Of a DNA stretch of 31,780 nucleotides, positions 24,043 through 31,780 are shown in pieces (the stretch's first letter is position 1; the number at the start of each line of letters is the position of its first letter). The DNA comes from Candidatus Shapirobacteria bacterium CG06_land_8_20_14_3_00_40_12 (lineage in GTDB: Bacteria > Patescibacteriota > Microgenomatia > UBA12405), in assembly GCA_002780135.1 (NCBI GenBank), contig PEWA01000052.1, positions 1 to 31,780 of the forward strand, read 5' to 3'. A program made the translations under genes and the position numbers. Below the pieces are notes generated by a model. That model worked only from the letters and a program-made list of their open reading frames with translations, was not told the DNA's origin and did not search any database.

Positions 24043-24995
24043 AAATATTTGGCTTTAAAGATACGGTAGAATTCAAGAAGATCGACACCCAGCCAAACAA
24101 TCCACCGAAGATAGACAGGATAATGGTGGATGAGATTTTCTTGATAAAAAATTCGCATGGCAGTAGTTGAAGCTTGGGCGACCTTAACCTTGGTGACCCG
24201 GGAGGCGGCAGACAGTTTTTGTTTTTGGTTGATTCCACCAGAAGAGACTCCCTGATAGTGAATAGTTTGGGTACCGGGAAAAAAGAATAGAGAAAAACCA
24301 TGCTGTTTTAATTGCCAGCAGAAGTCTAAATCTTCACCGTAGAAAAAATATTTTTCATTCCACCAACCGACACTATTCCCGACCGATCTTTTGAGCATAA
24401 AAAATGCACCGACACAAGCGTCGATGGGTTGGGTTTGGGAATAGTCAAGATTCCCTAAAAAGTAGCCGTTTAATATTTTTGATTGGGGGAAGAGTTTAGG
24501 TAACCCAAATCCAAAAAAGTGACAAAAAGCATTCCAGGGTGTGGGAAAACCGCGGTGACTTTCGAGCTGGGTCAAACCAGTTAGGGCCAAGATTAGATCG
24601 CAGGTAGCAGCGTCAACCCGGGGATTATCTTCAAAAAATTTTATCATTTGATAAAAAGTATCCGTTTTAACGGTGGTGTCGGGATTTAAAAATAAAACGT
24701 ACTTGGAATTATTGTCGGTAACAGTTAAACCCTGATTGTTGCCGGCGGCAAAACCAACATTACCGGAGTTCCGACGAAAGATATATTTTATTTGAGGATT
24801 TTTTTGGCAAGTAGCTTTGGCCAGTGAAAAACTATTATCAGTCGAGGCATTGTCGGCAATGATTATTTCAATAAAAAACCGGCCAAGCTTAGAGCGATCA
24901 ATACTATTGATTAAATTTTTCAAGAAGTCCTTGGCGTTATAGTTTAATATAACGACGGAAAGTATGGGGTTATTTCTTGGAGATGATTTTTTCAT
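24039..24995 (-). CDS. GT2 glycosyltransferase (WbbL/rhamnosyltransferase-like)
   Basis: SVVILNYN, IADNASTD, GFAAGNN, FLNPDT, GAFFM, FFYGEDLDFC. Confidence 0.9.
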   Translation of the reverse strand: MKKSSPRNNPILSVVILNYNAKDFLKNLINSIDRSKLGRFFIEIIIADNASTDNSFSLAKATCQKNPQIKYIFRRNSGNVGFAAGNNQGLTVTDNNSKYVLFLNPDTTVKTDTFYQMIKFFEDNPRVDAATCDLILALTGLTQLESHRGFPTPWNAFCHFFGFGLPKLFPQSKILNGYFLGNLDYSQTQPIDACVGAFFMLKRSVGNSVGWWNEKYFFYGEDLDFCWQLKQHGFSLFFFPGTQTIHYQGVSSGGINQKQKLSAASRVTKVKVAQASTTAMRIFYQENLIHHYPVYLRWIVWLGVDLLEFYRIFKAKYL

Positions 24996-26181
24996 AGAGA
25001 TTATTTAAGTCTAGCACGCATTTTTCATAGGAAAAATTTTTGGTGATTAAGGTGCGGGCGTTTTTTCCAATCTCTAGCATTTTTGATTTATTTTTTAGGA
25101 GTTTAATGGTTTCGGTGGCAACGCGGGGCAGCGAACAGACAATGGAGTGAACCTGATTTATTATTTTAATTCCCCCCATACCCTCCGGTGTAGTAATAAC
25201 CGGTAAGCCGCAGGCCATGGCTTCTAAAAATTTATTTCTAGTGCCGCCACCGCTGCCCATAGGAGCAACCAGGGCCCAACAGTGGTAAAGATAATAAAAG
25301 CGGTCAAAGATACCGCCGTCAATATCAGCTTCGTCAACGATGATATGGCTGTTTCCCAGGTGTCCGTAAAACTCTTTAGCAAAACGGCCGATAATGTAAA
25401 GCTTACAATCAGGAATAGCCCGAATAATCTGGGGCCAAACATGATCTAAAATCAGATCAACCGATTCACGGTTTTGCATCCATTTCATATTAGAGAACCC
25501 AAATAACAGGGCAGGAGTGGGGCTTTTGGGAACCTTGGGGGTGGAGAGATAAAAAGTTTTATCAACCCCGTTTTGAAATAATTCAATATCGGCACGTCCG
25601 GTGGTTTTGGTGATTAACTTTTGATCTTCAAGGGCAAAGGCGACCACAGTGTGAATGGTTTTCCAATAATGGATTTCCCAATATTTAAGTTTCAGGACGT
25701 CAATCCATAAAAGCGGGGCAATCATTTTTTTCCAACCCCGGAGACTTTCAACATAATGTTGGTAAACCAGATATTCAATAGTCAAATCAACCAGAACAAT
25801 GGGAACCGACGTGAGGGGAATGTTGGGAATGGGGTAGAAACTATCGCAATGGATTAGATCAAATTGATTATGGTCGAGTTCATTTTTGATAGCTTCACTT
25901 AAGGCCGTGGAAATGTAATTGATGACCAGAAAAGGGTATTTACTGAAACCGGCCAAAAGAATGTTTTTTAAGTTCCAGGTTTTACCCCGTTTAACTACAA
26001 TTATCTGACGACAGTATTTTTGAATTTCCAGGAGACCCTCTTCGTTGTGGCTGAAACAAATAAGAGTAATGTCGTTTCGGGAAGACAGATATTTAATGGA
26101 GTAATAGGAACTATTTTGACCGCCAGACTGATAAAGACGAGGAATGTAGGGAGTAATCATTAGTATTTTTCGCTTAGTCAT
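24970..26181 (-). CDS. GT4 glycosyltransferase
   Basis: ILMITPYIP, FQNGVD, IIGR, VAPMGSGGGTRNKFLEAMACGLPVITT. Confidence 0.88.
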   Translation of the reverse strand: MTKRKILMITPYIPRLYQSGGQNSSYYSIKYLSSRNDITLICFSHNEEGLLEIQKYCRQIIVVKRGKTWNLKNILLAGFSKYPFLVINYISTALSEAIKNELDHNQFDLIHCDSFYPIPNIPLTSVPIVLVDLTIEYLVYQHYVESLRGWKKMIAPLLWIDVLKLKYWEIHYWKTIHTVVAFALEDQKLITKTTGRADIELFQNGVDKTFYLSTPKVPKSPTPALLFGFSNMKWMQNRESVDLILDHVWPQIIRAIPDCKLYIIGRFAKEFYGHLGNSHIIVDEADIDGGIFDRFYYLYHCWALVAPMGSGGGTRNKFLEAMACGLPVITTPEGMGGIKIINQVHSIVCSLPRVATETIKLLKNKSKMLEIGKNARTLITKNFSYEKCVLDLNNLYEKIISKK

Positions 26182-27640
26182 TTTGGAGGTCTAAAATAAT
26201 AAACTGGTCGGATTTAAAAAGAGCAGGATAAAGTTTTATTAATTGATTGGTGTAAGAGTCAAAATTGACTGATACCAGATAAAGAGGTTGGTTGGGAAAT
26301 AATTTTTTTGTCTTAGCAATATCATAAATTTCAATGGGAAAGCCCGGGCGATTACATTGATAGAGAAGGGCGGTATCACCAAGATATGGGGCGATAATAA
26401 TACTGTTTTTAGGAGTAAGCTCATCCACTTTTTTTCCAGCTGATACGATTTCCGGACGATTGATTTGGTAGTAGGGAAGAATTTTTTCTGCCGAGAAAAA
26501 TAAGGAAAAAGCGGAGATTATTAATATCAGACAGAGAGATAGGAACTTTGCGGGGAGAGTAAAGTAGAGGAGGTAGTAGAAGCCACAGCCAAGACTGATA
26601 GAAATAAATGGGATAATCAAGATTTGATAATAATCATGCTGGATGTTACCACCGGGAACAAAGACAAAATATAAAAATATTCCGATAAACCCCAGAAAGT
26701 TTATAACATTAATGTTAAATTTTTGATAAAATAAACCCAGGGTAACCGGAATAAGGCCAAAGGCACCCAAAATAAGTAAACTTATCCTTTCCAGAATTAA
26801 CCAACGCCACCAGTAGGGGCGAAGGATAAGAATTTGATTTAAAAAATCAACATGATAACCCCGATACCATTCAGGAAAAATTCTTTTGTCGGAAAAATTA
26901 AGAAGCCAGGCGGAGGCGGGGATACCTTCCGGGAAAGCCTGAATCCAGTGACGCCAAAGGAATAGTGGAACAAGAGAGATAAGAGAAAATACGATTATTT
27001 TTAATAATTTATTAATATTTTTTGTTTTTTTAAATCGAAAAAAAAGAAAAATAAAAATAGGTAAAGTCAGAAGGAGGGTGAAGGGTTTACAGAGAGCGGA
27101 AAGTGACAAAAAAATACTACTTAGTATCGGATGGAAACGGAATAAAACCAAGGATAAAGTCATAAAAAAGACGGCCGCATTTTCCGGAAGAATGGTTCGG
27201 GAATAATAGATATTAAAGGGCAATAGAAGAAAGGAGAGCATGGCTAAAAAGGCCGGAGTAAATTTCGAGGTCAAGGAAAAGACAAAAATGAAAATGAAAA
27301 GAGACGAAAAAAGACTCAGAACAATTGAGGTTAGTCTGGAAGCAATATCAACAGAAAGACCGGTAAGTTTGATAGTAAACCAGGACATTAGATTGTAGAG
27401 AGGAAATTCCACCATCCGAAGACCTTGAGGGTTATCGAGCCCGGATTGGTCAGGCGAGAGGTTGTGATAGGTTGGAATTAACAGATTAACGCCGTTGTTT
27501 AAAAAATTTTTGGTAACCGAAGCGGTATCGACTTGTCGATATGAATGCCAATCGGCCACCGGAGCGGAGAGATGATAGAGCCGGAGCAGTAGCCCAGTAC
27601 ATAGAGATAAAAATAGAAGTAGGTAATGGTATTTCTTCAC
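26174..27640 (-). CDS. GT-C fold membrane glycosyltransferase (ArnT/PMT-like, GT39/GT83)
   Basis: Multi-TM; external loop DWHSYRQVDTA..., EFPLYN, YYSRTILPE, KP, HDYYQ. Confidence 0.7.
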   Translation of the reverse strand: MKKYHYLLLFLSLCTGLLLRLYHLSAPVADWHSYRQVDTASVTKNFLNNGVNLLIPTYHNLSPDQSGLDNPQGLRMVEFPLYNLMSWFTIKLTGLSVDIASRLTSIVLSLFSSLFIFIFVFSLTSKFTPAFLAMLSFLLLPFNIYYSRTILPENAAVFFMTLSLVLFRFHPILSSIFLSLSALCKPFTLLLTLPIFIFLFFRFKKTKNINKLLKIIVFSLISLVPLFLWRHWIQAFPEGIPASAWLLNFSDKRIFPEWYRGYHVDFLNQILILRPYWWRWLILERISLLILGAFGLIPVTLGLFYQKFNINVINFLGFIGIFLYFVFVPGGNIQHDYYQILIIPFISISLGCGFYYLLYFTLPAKFLSLCLILIISAFSLFFSAEKILPYYQINRPEIVSAGKKVDELTPKNSIIIAPYLGDTALLYQCNRPGFPIEIYDIAKTKKLFPNQPLYLVSVNFDSYTNQLIKLYPALFKSDQFIILDLQND

Positions 27641-29031
27641 TGAGACTTTTGGTTAAATTTCGAAAGCTGATGGTAGATTCCGAAAATAATCCAAAAAGCA
27701 TAAGCCACCTTGGAGGCTTCAAAAATATCGATAAAAATAGCATTGGTCAGGGTAGAAAAGACAACACCAACAAAGACCAGTTCAAGGCGGACGGTAGAAT
27801 TAGGCCTTTTTGTTTTTATAAGTCGGAAACTACGGAAAATAAGATAAAAAACCGGGAAAAGAAAAGTAAATAAACCTAATAGACCACTTTCCCCCAAAAG
27901 CCGGAGATAATCGTTGTCGGTGGCCAGGGAAATAGACCCCAACCCTGTGCCCCACACAGGATTTTTACGGAAGGCAGTAATGGCCCGAGGCCATTCAACA
28001 TTAAAGCGGATTTCACCGGAACGGGCAACACCGGCATCAATGTCGATAGGAATAAGCTCATCAATTGGTCCGTGGCGGATAATAGTCGGGATTGGTTTTA
28101 CGGTTGGCAGGGGGATGGGGGTAGGAGTGGGTTTGATGGAAATGGTAGGAAGAGGAGCCGGGGTATTGGTGGGAACAATTATAATAGTTGGAGTTGGTTT
28201 TGGTTTAAAAAAAGGCAGGGTGGCTAAAAGACGTTTATTTAAATCAACTGACTGAAGCATGCCGGAGATGACCAGAACAGAGACGGGAATAACCCAGAGA
28301 TATTTGCGAATTAATATTAGGGCTAAAACACTACCGCCCCAAAAAGCAAAAAAGGAAATTCGGGAAGCAGTCAAAGTTAGTAAATGAAAGGAGACCATAA
28401 AAAGAATAAAGGAAAGAAGCCGAATAAATATGTTTTTGTAAATTAACATCACTCCCAGAAGGACGATTAAGACCAAACTTAAATAAGCCGCCAAATCGTA
28501 ATGGCCGGCAAAAGTGGAACTAATTCTGGTCCAGACATTCATTTGCAGAAGTTGACCCTTGGAAAACTCTTCGTTCATAGTGGAGATGACCGGAAACTGA
28601 AGATATTTTTGACCATAACCATAGACAGCGATACCGGTGACAGATAAGAGCAGAAAAAAGTAAAAATATAGGAGATCTTTTTTGGAATTTATGGCTCTGA
28701 GAGTGATAAAGAAAAGAGAAACATATTCGAAACGACGGATTAAATGAAGAAGAAGGATGTTTACCGGTTCGGTTTGATAAATAAAGATGGCAACTAGAGT
28801 GGTGCTACTGATGGCCAGAAAGTAAGCCAGAAAAAACCAGGTAAATTTTTCTTTGAGGATGGGGAAACGGGATTTTATTTGAAGTAGAAGCCAGATGGCA
28901 AATATAAGAGCAATAACAATATCGTCGAGACGGAGGGCAACGTAAGTGTTGGAGAAATTTAACAACGGAAATTTAGGGTATAGGGGGATAAATAATATTA
29001 AGACAGCTAAAAGTGGTCGAAATATGTTCAT
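27637..29031 (-). CDS. O-antigen ligase/Wzy_C-like membrane protein with Pro/Thr-rich insertion
   Basis: Multi-TM; RISSTFAGHYDLAAYL, LTASRIS, R...WPRAITAFRKNPVWGTG, TDNDYLRLLGESGLLG. Confidence 0.8.
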   Translation of the reverse strand: MNIFRPLLAVLILFIPLYPKFPLLNFSNTYVALRLDDIVIALIFAIWLLLQIKSRFPILKEKFTWFFLAYFLAISSTTLVAIFIYQTEPVNILLLHLIRRFEYVSLFFITLRAINSKKDLLYFYFFLLLSVTGIAVYGYGQKYLQFPVISTMNEEFSKGQLLQMNVWTRISSTFAGHYDLAAYLSLVLIVLLGVMLIYKNIFIRLLSFILFMVSFHLLTLTASRISFFAFWGGSVLALILIRKYLWVIPVSVLVISGMLQSVDLNKRLLATLPFFKPKPTPTIIIVPTNTPAPLPTISIKPTPTPIPLPTVKPIPTIIRHGPIDELIPIDIDAGVARSGEIRFNVEWPRAITAFRKNPVWGTGLGSISLATDNDYLRLLGESGLLGLFTFLFPVFYLIFRSFRLIKTKRPNSTVRLELVFVGVVFSTLTNAIFIDIFEASKVAYAFWIIFGIYHQLSKFNQKSQ

Positions 29032-29960
29032 AGTTCTTTTTGGGCTTGACGATAAATTGGGTTAATAAAACTTCTCAAAAAACAGCTGGTTTGGAAAAAT
29101 ATTTTAACAAAGAAAATTTGCCAAAGGGGGCGGTGTTTTTTAAAAAAAGAAAGAGCTCCCTGATACTCCCGGACAATTGGGTCACTGCGTTTAAGAGCCG
29201 AAGCGCCGCCGAGGTGAATAATTTGGGGGCTGACCAGATACCAACACTGAGATTGGGGAAACTTTAGATGCATTCGGTAGCTCCACTCAACTTCTTCACC
29301 GTACATAAAATATTTTTCATCAAAGCCACCGACACTTTCATAAATTGAACGTCTTAAAAGCATGAAGGCACCGGTGACCCAATCTTGACGATGATCTTTT
29401 AGAAAAAAATTATCATGGGTATAAAAAGAGGGAGTATGGGGGTGAAAAGGTTTTATAAGGTAATTGAATAAGGGAAGATCATCAAGACCCAGAGACCAAG
29501 CAAAAACATTTAGTAAATTTGGGAAAAAACCACCAGAAGCCTGAATAGACTTGTTGGCATTTAAAAGTTGAGCGGTACAGATATGCGCCTCCGGATGAGC
29601 CGAGAGCCAAATGAGGGACTGACTGACAGCCGAATGCAGAATTAGAGTGTCCGAATTTAATAGTAAAAAATATTGTCCCCGAGCAATTTTTAGGGCCCGG
29701 TTGTTGGCTTTACCAAAACCTGAATTTTGAGAATTTTTAATTAATTTTATCCAGTTGATATTTTGGAGTTTGGCAACACTGTCATCGTGAGAATTATTGT
29801 CGACCACAATAACCTCGGTGGGAATTTTGGAAGAGGTAGAAGTTTTGGTTAGGTCAAACTCTAGTCCTTTATCAGCTTTTAAAGATTTAAGGCAATCCAG
29901 GGTGATTTGACAGGTATTAAAGGAAATGATGATTATGGAAAGAAGAGGATTAGTTTTCAT
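29028..29960 (-). CDS. GT2 glycosyltransferase
   Basis: SIIIISFN, VVDNNS.DDS, GFGKANN, LLNSDT, GAFML, FDEKYFMYGEEVEW. Confidence 0.9.
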   Translation of the reverse strand: MKTNPLLSIIIISFNTCQITLDCLKSLKADKGLEFDLTKTSTSSKIPTEVIVVDNNSHDDSVAKLQNINWIKLIKNSQNSGFGKANNRALKIARGQYFLLLNSDTLILHSAVSQSLIWLSAHPEAHICTAQLLNANKSIQASGGFFPNLLNVFAWSLGLDDLPLFNYLIKPFHPHTPSFYTHDNFFLKDHRQDWVTGAFMLLRRSIYESVGGFDEKYFMYGEEVEWSYRMHLKFPQSQCWYLVSPQIIHLGGASALKRSDPIVREYQGALSFFKKHRPLWQIFFVKIFFQTSCFLRSFINPIYRQAQKEL

Positions 29961-30492
29961 GTTTTAGGGCATGATGATAAATAAGAAAAATTAGAATTAA
30001 GGATGCCTGAGAAAACCCAAAAATCAGTAAACGGTTGAAAATCGAGACCGGAAAGGTTTTTAGGGTAATTTTGGCGGAGTAGGAAACACCGTTGTATGTT
30101 AGTTTATTGGCAATGCGTTTTTCGGGTTTAGTAAAAACATCATTTTCCCATTCGTAACCATTAATAAAAAGTGATTCCTTAAAAGGGAGAACCAGCTCCT
30201 CGAGATAATAGCTTTGCATAGTATCACGAAAGATGGTTTTTGATTTTTCCGGAGGGTGGTTTAGATGGATAAGAAGCGGGTGGTTGTAAAAGGATAAATA
30301 GTGATTAATAACCTCACGGCGGGTTAAATTGGTGAAGTAGCCGGAAACATTTTTGAGCTGAACGGTATCGCCGGGTAGGGTAGATCTGACACTGTTGGGA
30401 AGATCCCTAAGTAAAGGCGGAGGGGTGACAAGGTAAATCAGAGCAATAATATTAAAAACTACCCAGGTAATAATAAGGGCTGTTTTGATCAT
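29950..30492 (-). CDS. Hypothetical protein with N- and C-terminal hydrophobic segments
   Basis: Clean ORF overlapping both neighbours; start set to ATG 30492 (ATGA overlap); no family recognised. Confidence 0.7.
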   Translation of the reverse strand: MIKTALIITWVVFNIIALIYLVTPPPLLRDLPNSVRSTLPGDTVQLKNVSGYFTNLTRREVINHYLSFYNHPLLIHLNHPPEKSKTIFRDTMQSYYLEELVLPFKESLFINGYEWENDVFTKPEKRIANKLTYNGVSYSAKITLKTFPVSIFNRLLIFGFSQASLILIFLIYHHALKHEN

Positions 30493-31052
30493 TGAAACCA
30501 CATGGCCCGACCAAGTAAGTAGTCGGGATTAGTAACCCGGCGAAGACTGATCTTTTTGGCCGGAACACCACCCCAAATTTCGAAATCGGGAATGCTTTTG
30601 GTAACCACGGCACCGGCAGCAACTACTGCTCCCCTACCAATAGTGACGCCGGGTAAAATAATAGCCCGAGGGCCAATGAAAACATAATCGCTAATTTTTA
30701 CCGGAGCGAAACTATTACCAAAATCAGCTGAATTAACATTGTGTTCATCAGTGTAAATTAAGACTTCGGAAGCAATATCGACGTGGGAACCGATGGCGAG
30801 TTTTCCCCGTCCATCTAAAAAAGACCGGTAGCCAATAATGGTGTCGTGGCCGATAGTAATTCCAGAGGGTTTAAAGAAGTTGGCTTCTAAGTGAATGGTG
30901 GAATCAAAAGGAAGATTAATACCGGATAAAATGTAAAATATTTTACGAATGGTGTGAATGGGGATAAAGCCTACAATTCGCAATATAAGTAGCCAAAATT
31001 CTTCAAGAATTGTTTTTAGGCGATTGAGGACTTTGGGAAGAAGTTTTAACAT
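30489..31052 (-). CDS. Hexapeptide-repeat (left-handed beta-helix) O-acyltransferase
   Basis: ITIGHDTIIG, IGSHVDIASEV, VKISDYVFIGPRAIILPGVTIGRGAVVAAGAVVTK, GGVPAK. Start set to ATG 31052. Confidence 0.9.
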   Translation of the reverse strand: MLKLLPKVLNRLKTILEEFWLLILRIVGFIPIHTIRKIFYILSGINLPFDSTIHLEANFFKPSGITIGHDTIIGYRSFLDGRGKLAIGSHVDIASEVLIYTDEHNVNSADFGNSFAPVKISDYVFIGPRAIILPGVTIGRGAVVAAGAVVTKSIPDFEIWGGVPAKKISLRRVTNPDYLLGRAMWFQ

Positions 31053-31058
31053 GGATGA

Positions 31059-31064
31059 ATTATA
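31059..31064 (-). promoter_or_regulatory. Putative -10 TATAAT, 6 nt upstream of the acyltransferase ATG
   Basis: - strand TATAAT-TCATCC-ATG. Confidence 0.5.
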
Positions 31065-31779
31065 CCCCAGATAGATGATCAAAAAGCCTTAAAAGTTGGT
31101 GGCCACTTTTGATCCAAGTGAAGCGACGACTGTTTTTTGTTCCCAGATGGCGGAATTTAAATCGGGTGTCAATATTGGTTATTTTTTTAAGAGCAGCGAC
31201 TAGGGATGAAGAATTTCTAGGATTGATATAGAGGGCACTGTCATCAAGAATTTCTTTTAATGAGTCGATATTGCTCGCTATTACCGGGGTACCCAGGCGC
31301 TGACTTTCCAGAACCGGAATGCCAAAACCCTCATAAAGACTGGGAATGACGGTAGCAACGGCCTGTTTGTACAAAACCCACTTCTCTTTTTCGGTGATAA
31401 AATCAGTAAAAATCACTTGATTTTGAAGATTATATTTAATAACAGTGGCAAAAATATCGTCATAGAGCCAACCCTTTTTACCAGCGATAACCAGAGAATA
31501 TTTTAGATGAGAAGATGAGGAGATAAGTAGAAATTTGGCGAAAGCTTTAATTAGGAAAGAATAATTTTTGTTGGGTTTGAGAGTGCCGACAGTCAAAAAA
31601 TAGGGCAAAGATATGTGGTATTTGTTAAGAACCGACAACTCGTCGTTCGGGGAAATGACGGGAATTTTACCAACCCCGTTTCTAATAACAGAAATAGAAT
31701 CCGGTGAAACTTTAAATGTTTTTATTATTTCATTTTTAGTAAATTCAGATACAGCGATAATATGGTGGGCGTGTTTAAT
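31060..31779 (-). CDS. GT4 glycosyltransferase, 5'-truncated by the window edge
   Basis: Frame is open to the edge (IKHAHHIIAVSEFTKNEI...), so the TTG at 31638 is not the true start; VGTLKPNKN, IAGKKGW, PSLYEGFGIPVLE, FTW. Confidence 0.9.
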   Translation of the reverse strand: MKHAHHIIAVSEFTKNEIIKTFKVSPDSISVIRNGVGKIPVISPNDELSVLNKYHISLPYFLTVGTLKPNKNYSFLIKAFAKFLLISSSSHLKYSLVIAGKKGWLYDDIFATVIKYNLQNQVIFTDFITEKEKWVLYKQAVATVIPSLYEGFGIPVLESQRLGTPVIASNIDSLKEILDDSALYINPRNSSSLVAALKKITNIDTRFKFRHLGTKNSRRFTWIKSGHQLLRLFDHLSGV

Positions 31780-31780
31780 G

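Noticed and set aside
24017-24301. - strand ORFs in alternative frames (9007..9351, 10536..10766, 15969..16190, 16266..16751, 20447..20761, 24017..24301, 26239..26424, 27486..27743, 27876..28064) as overlapping genes or frameshift products
   Set aside because: The host genes are intact and full length; the alternative frames carry no motifs.
1-31780. Alternative genetic code (TGA=Gly, as in Gracilibacteria/Absconditabacteria)
   Set aside because: TGA terminates genes at the expected ends, with ATGA/GTGA overlaps (e.g. 5645, 10830, 15274, 17673, 24039).
1-31780. CRISPR array, tRNA/rRNA, IS/transposase, integrase, DGR, rho-independent terminators
   Set aside because: Intergenic gaps are at most about 31 nt once the LysW-like gene is included. 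No spaced repeats, cloverleafs, GC-rich stem plus U-tract or mobile-element motifs were seen by eye; a computational scan was not possible.

Overview
AT-rich, very tightly packed window with 33 CDS called: 32 on the - strand and one short hidden gene on +. TGA acts as a stop codon (many ATGA/GTGA stop-start overlaps), so this is standard code 11. Gene content and style (alpha2-type GlyRS, short MurE, DUF4012, almost no Shine-Dalgarno sites) suggest a Patescibacteria/CPR genome, probably Microgenomates; this is an inference. In transcription order (right to left) there are three blocks. (1) ~31780-17673: a surface-glycosylation locus (GT4s, acetyltransferase, GT2s, O-antigen-ligase-like and GT-C/ArnT-PMT-like membrane enzymes, ManC, phosphoglycosyl transferase, DUF4012), with a NYN nuclease gene inside it. 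(2) recO-glyQS-lipoprotein. (3) A division/cell-wall (dcw) cluster: rsmH-ftsL-ftsI-murE-[ATE/Bpt-like transferase]-[Mpl-type ligase]-murA-mraY-[NlpC/P60]-[antisense LysW-like]-[PLP fold-II enzyme]-[ATP-grasp]-ftsW-murG-ftsA-ftsZ. The main discovery candidate is in the dcw cluster. The murF and murD slots are filled by non-canonical peptide-bond-making or -breaking enzymes, mostly translationally coupled to core genes, plus a 51-aa LysW-like Cys4 protein that the ORF track missed. murF, murD, a canonical murC, murB, ddl, ftsQ and mraZ are not in the window. This could be an undescribed route for building, modifying or scavenging the peptidoglycan stem peptide; the function is inference only. 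Other signals: -10 hexamers 5-6 nt before many start codons (leaderless-type), a 31-nt heptamer repeat present at two loci, and motif substitutions in FtsZ, MurA, MurE and MraY. No rRNA, tRNA, CRISPR array or transposase was recognised.
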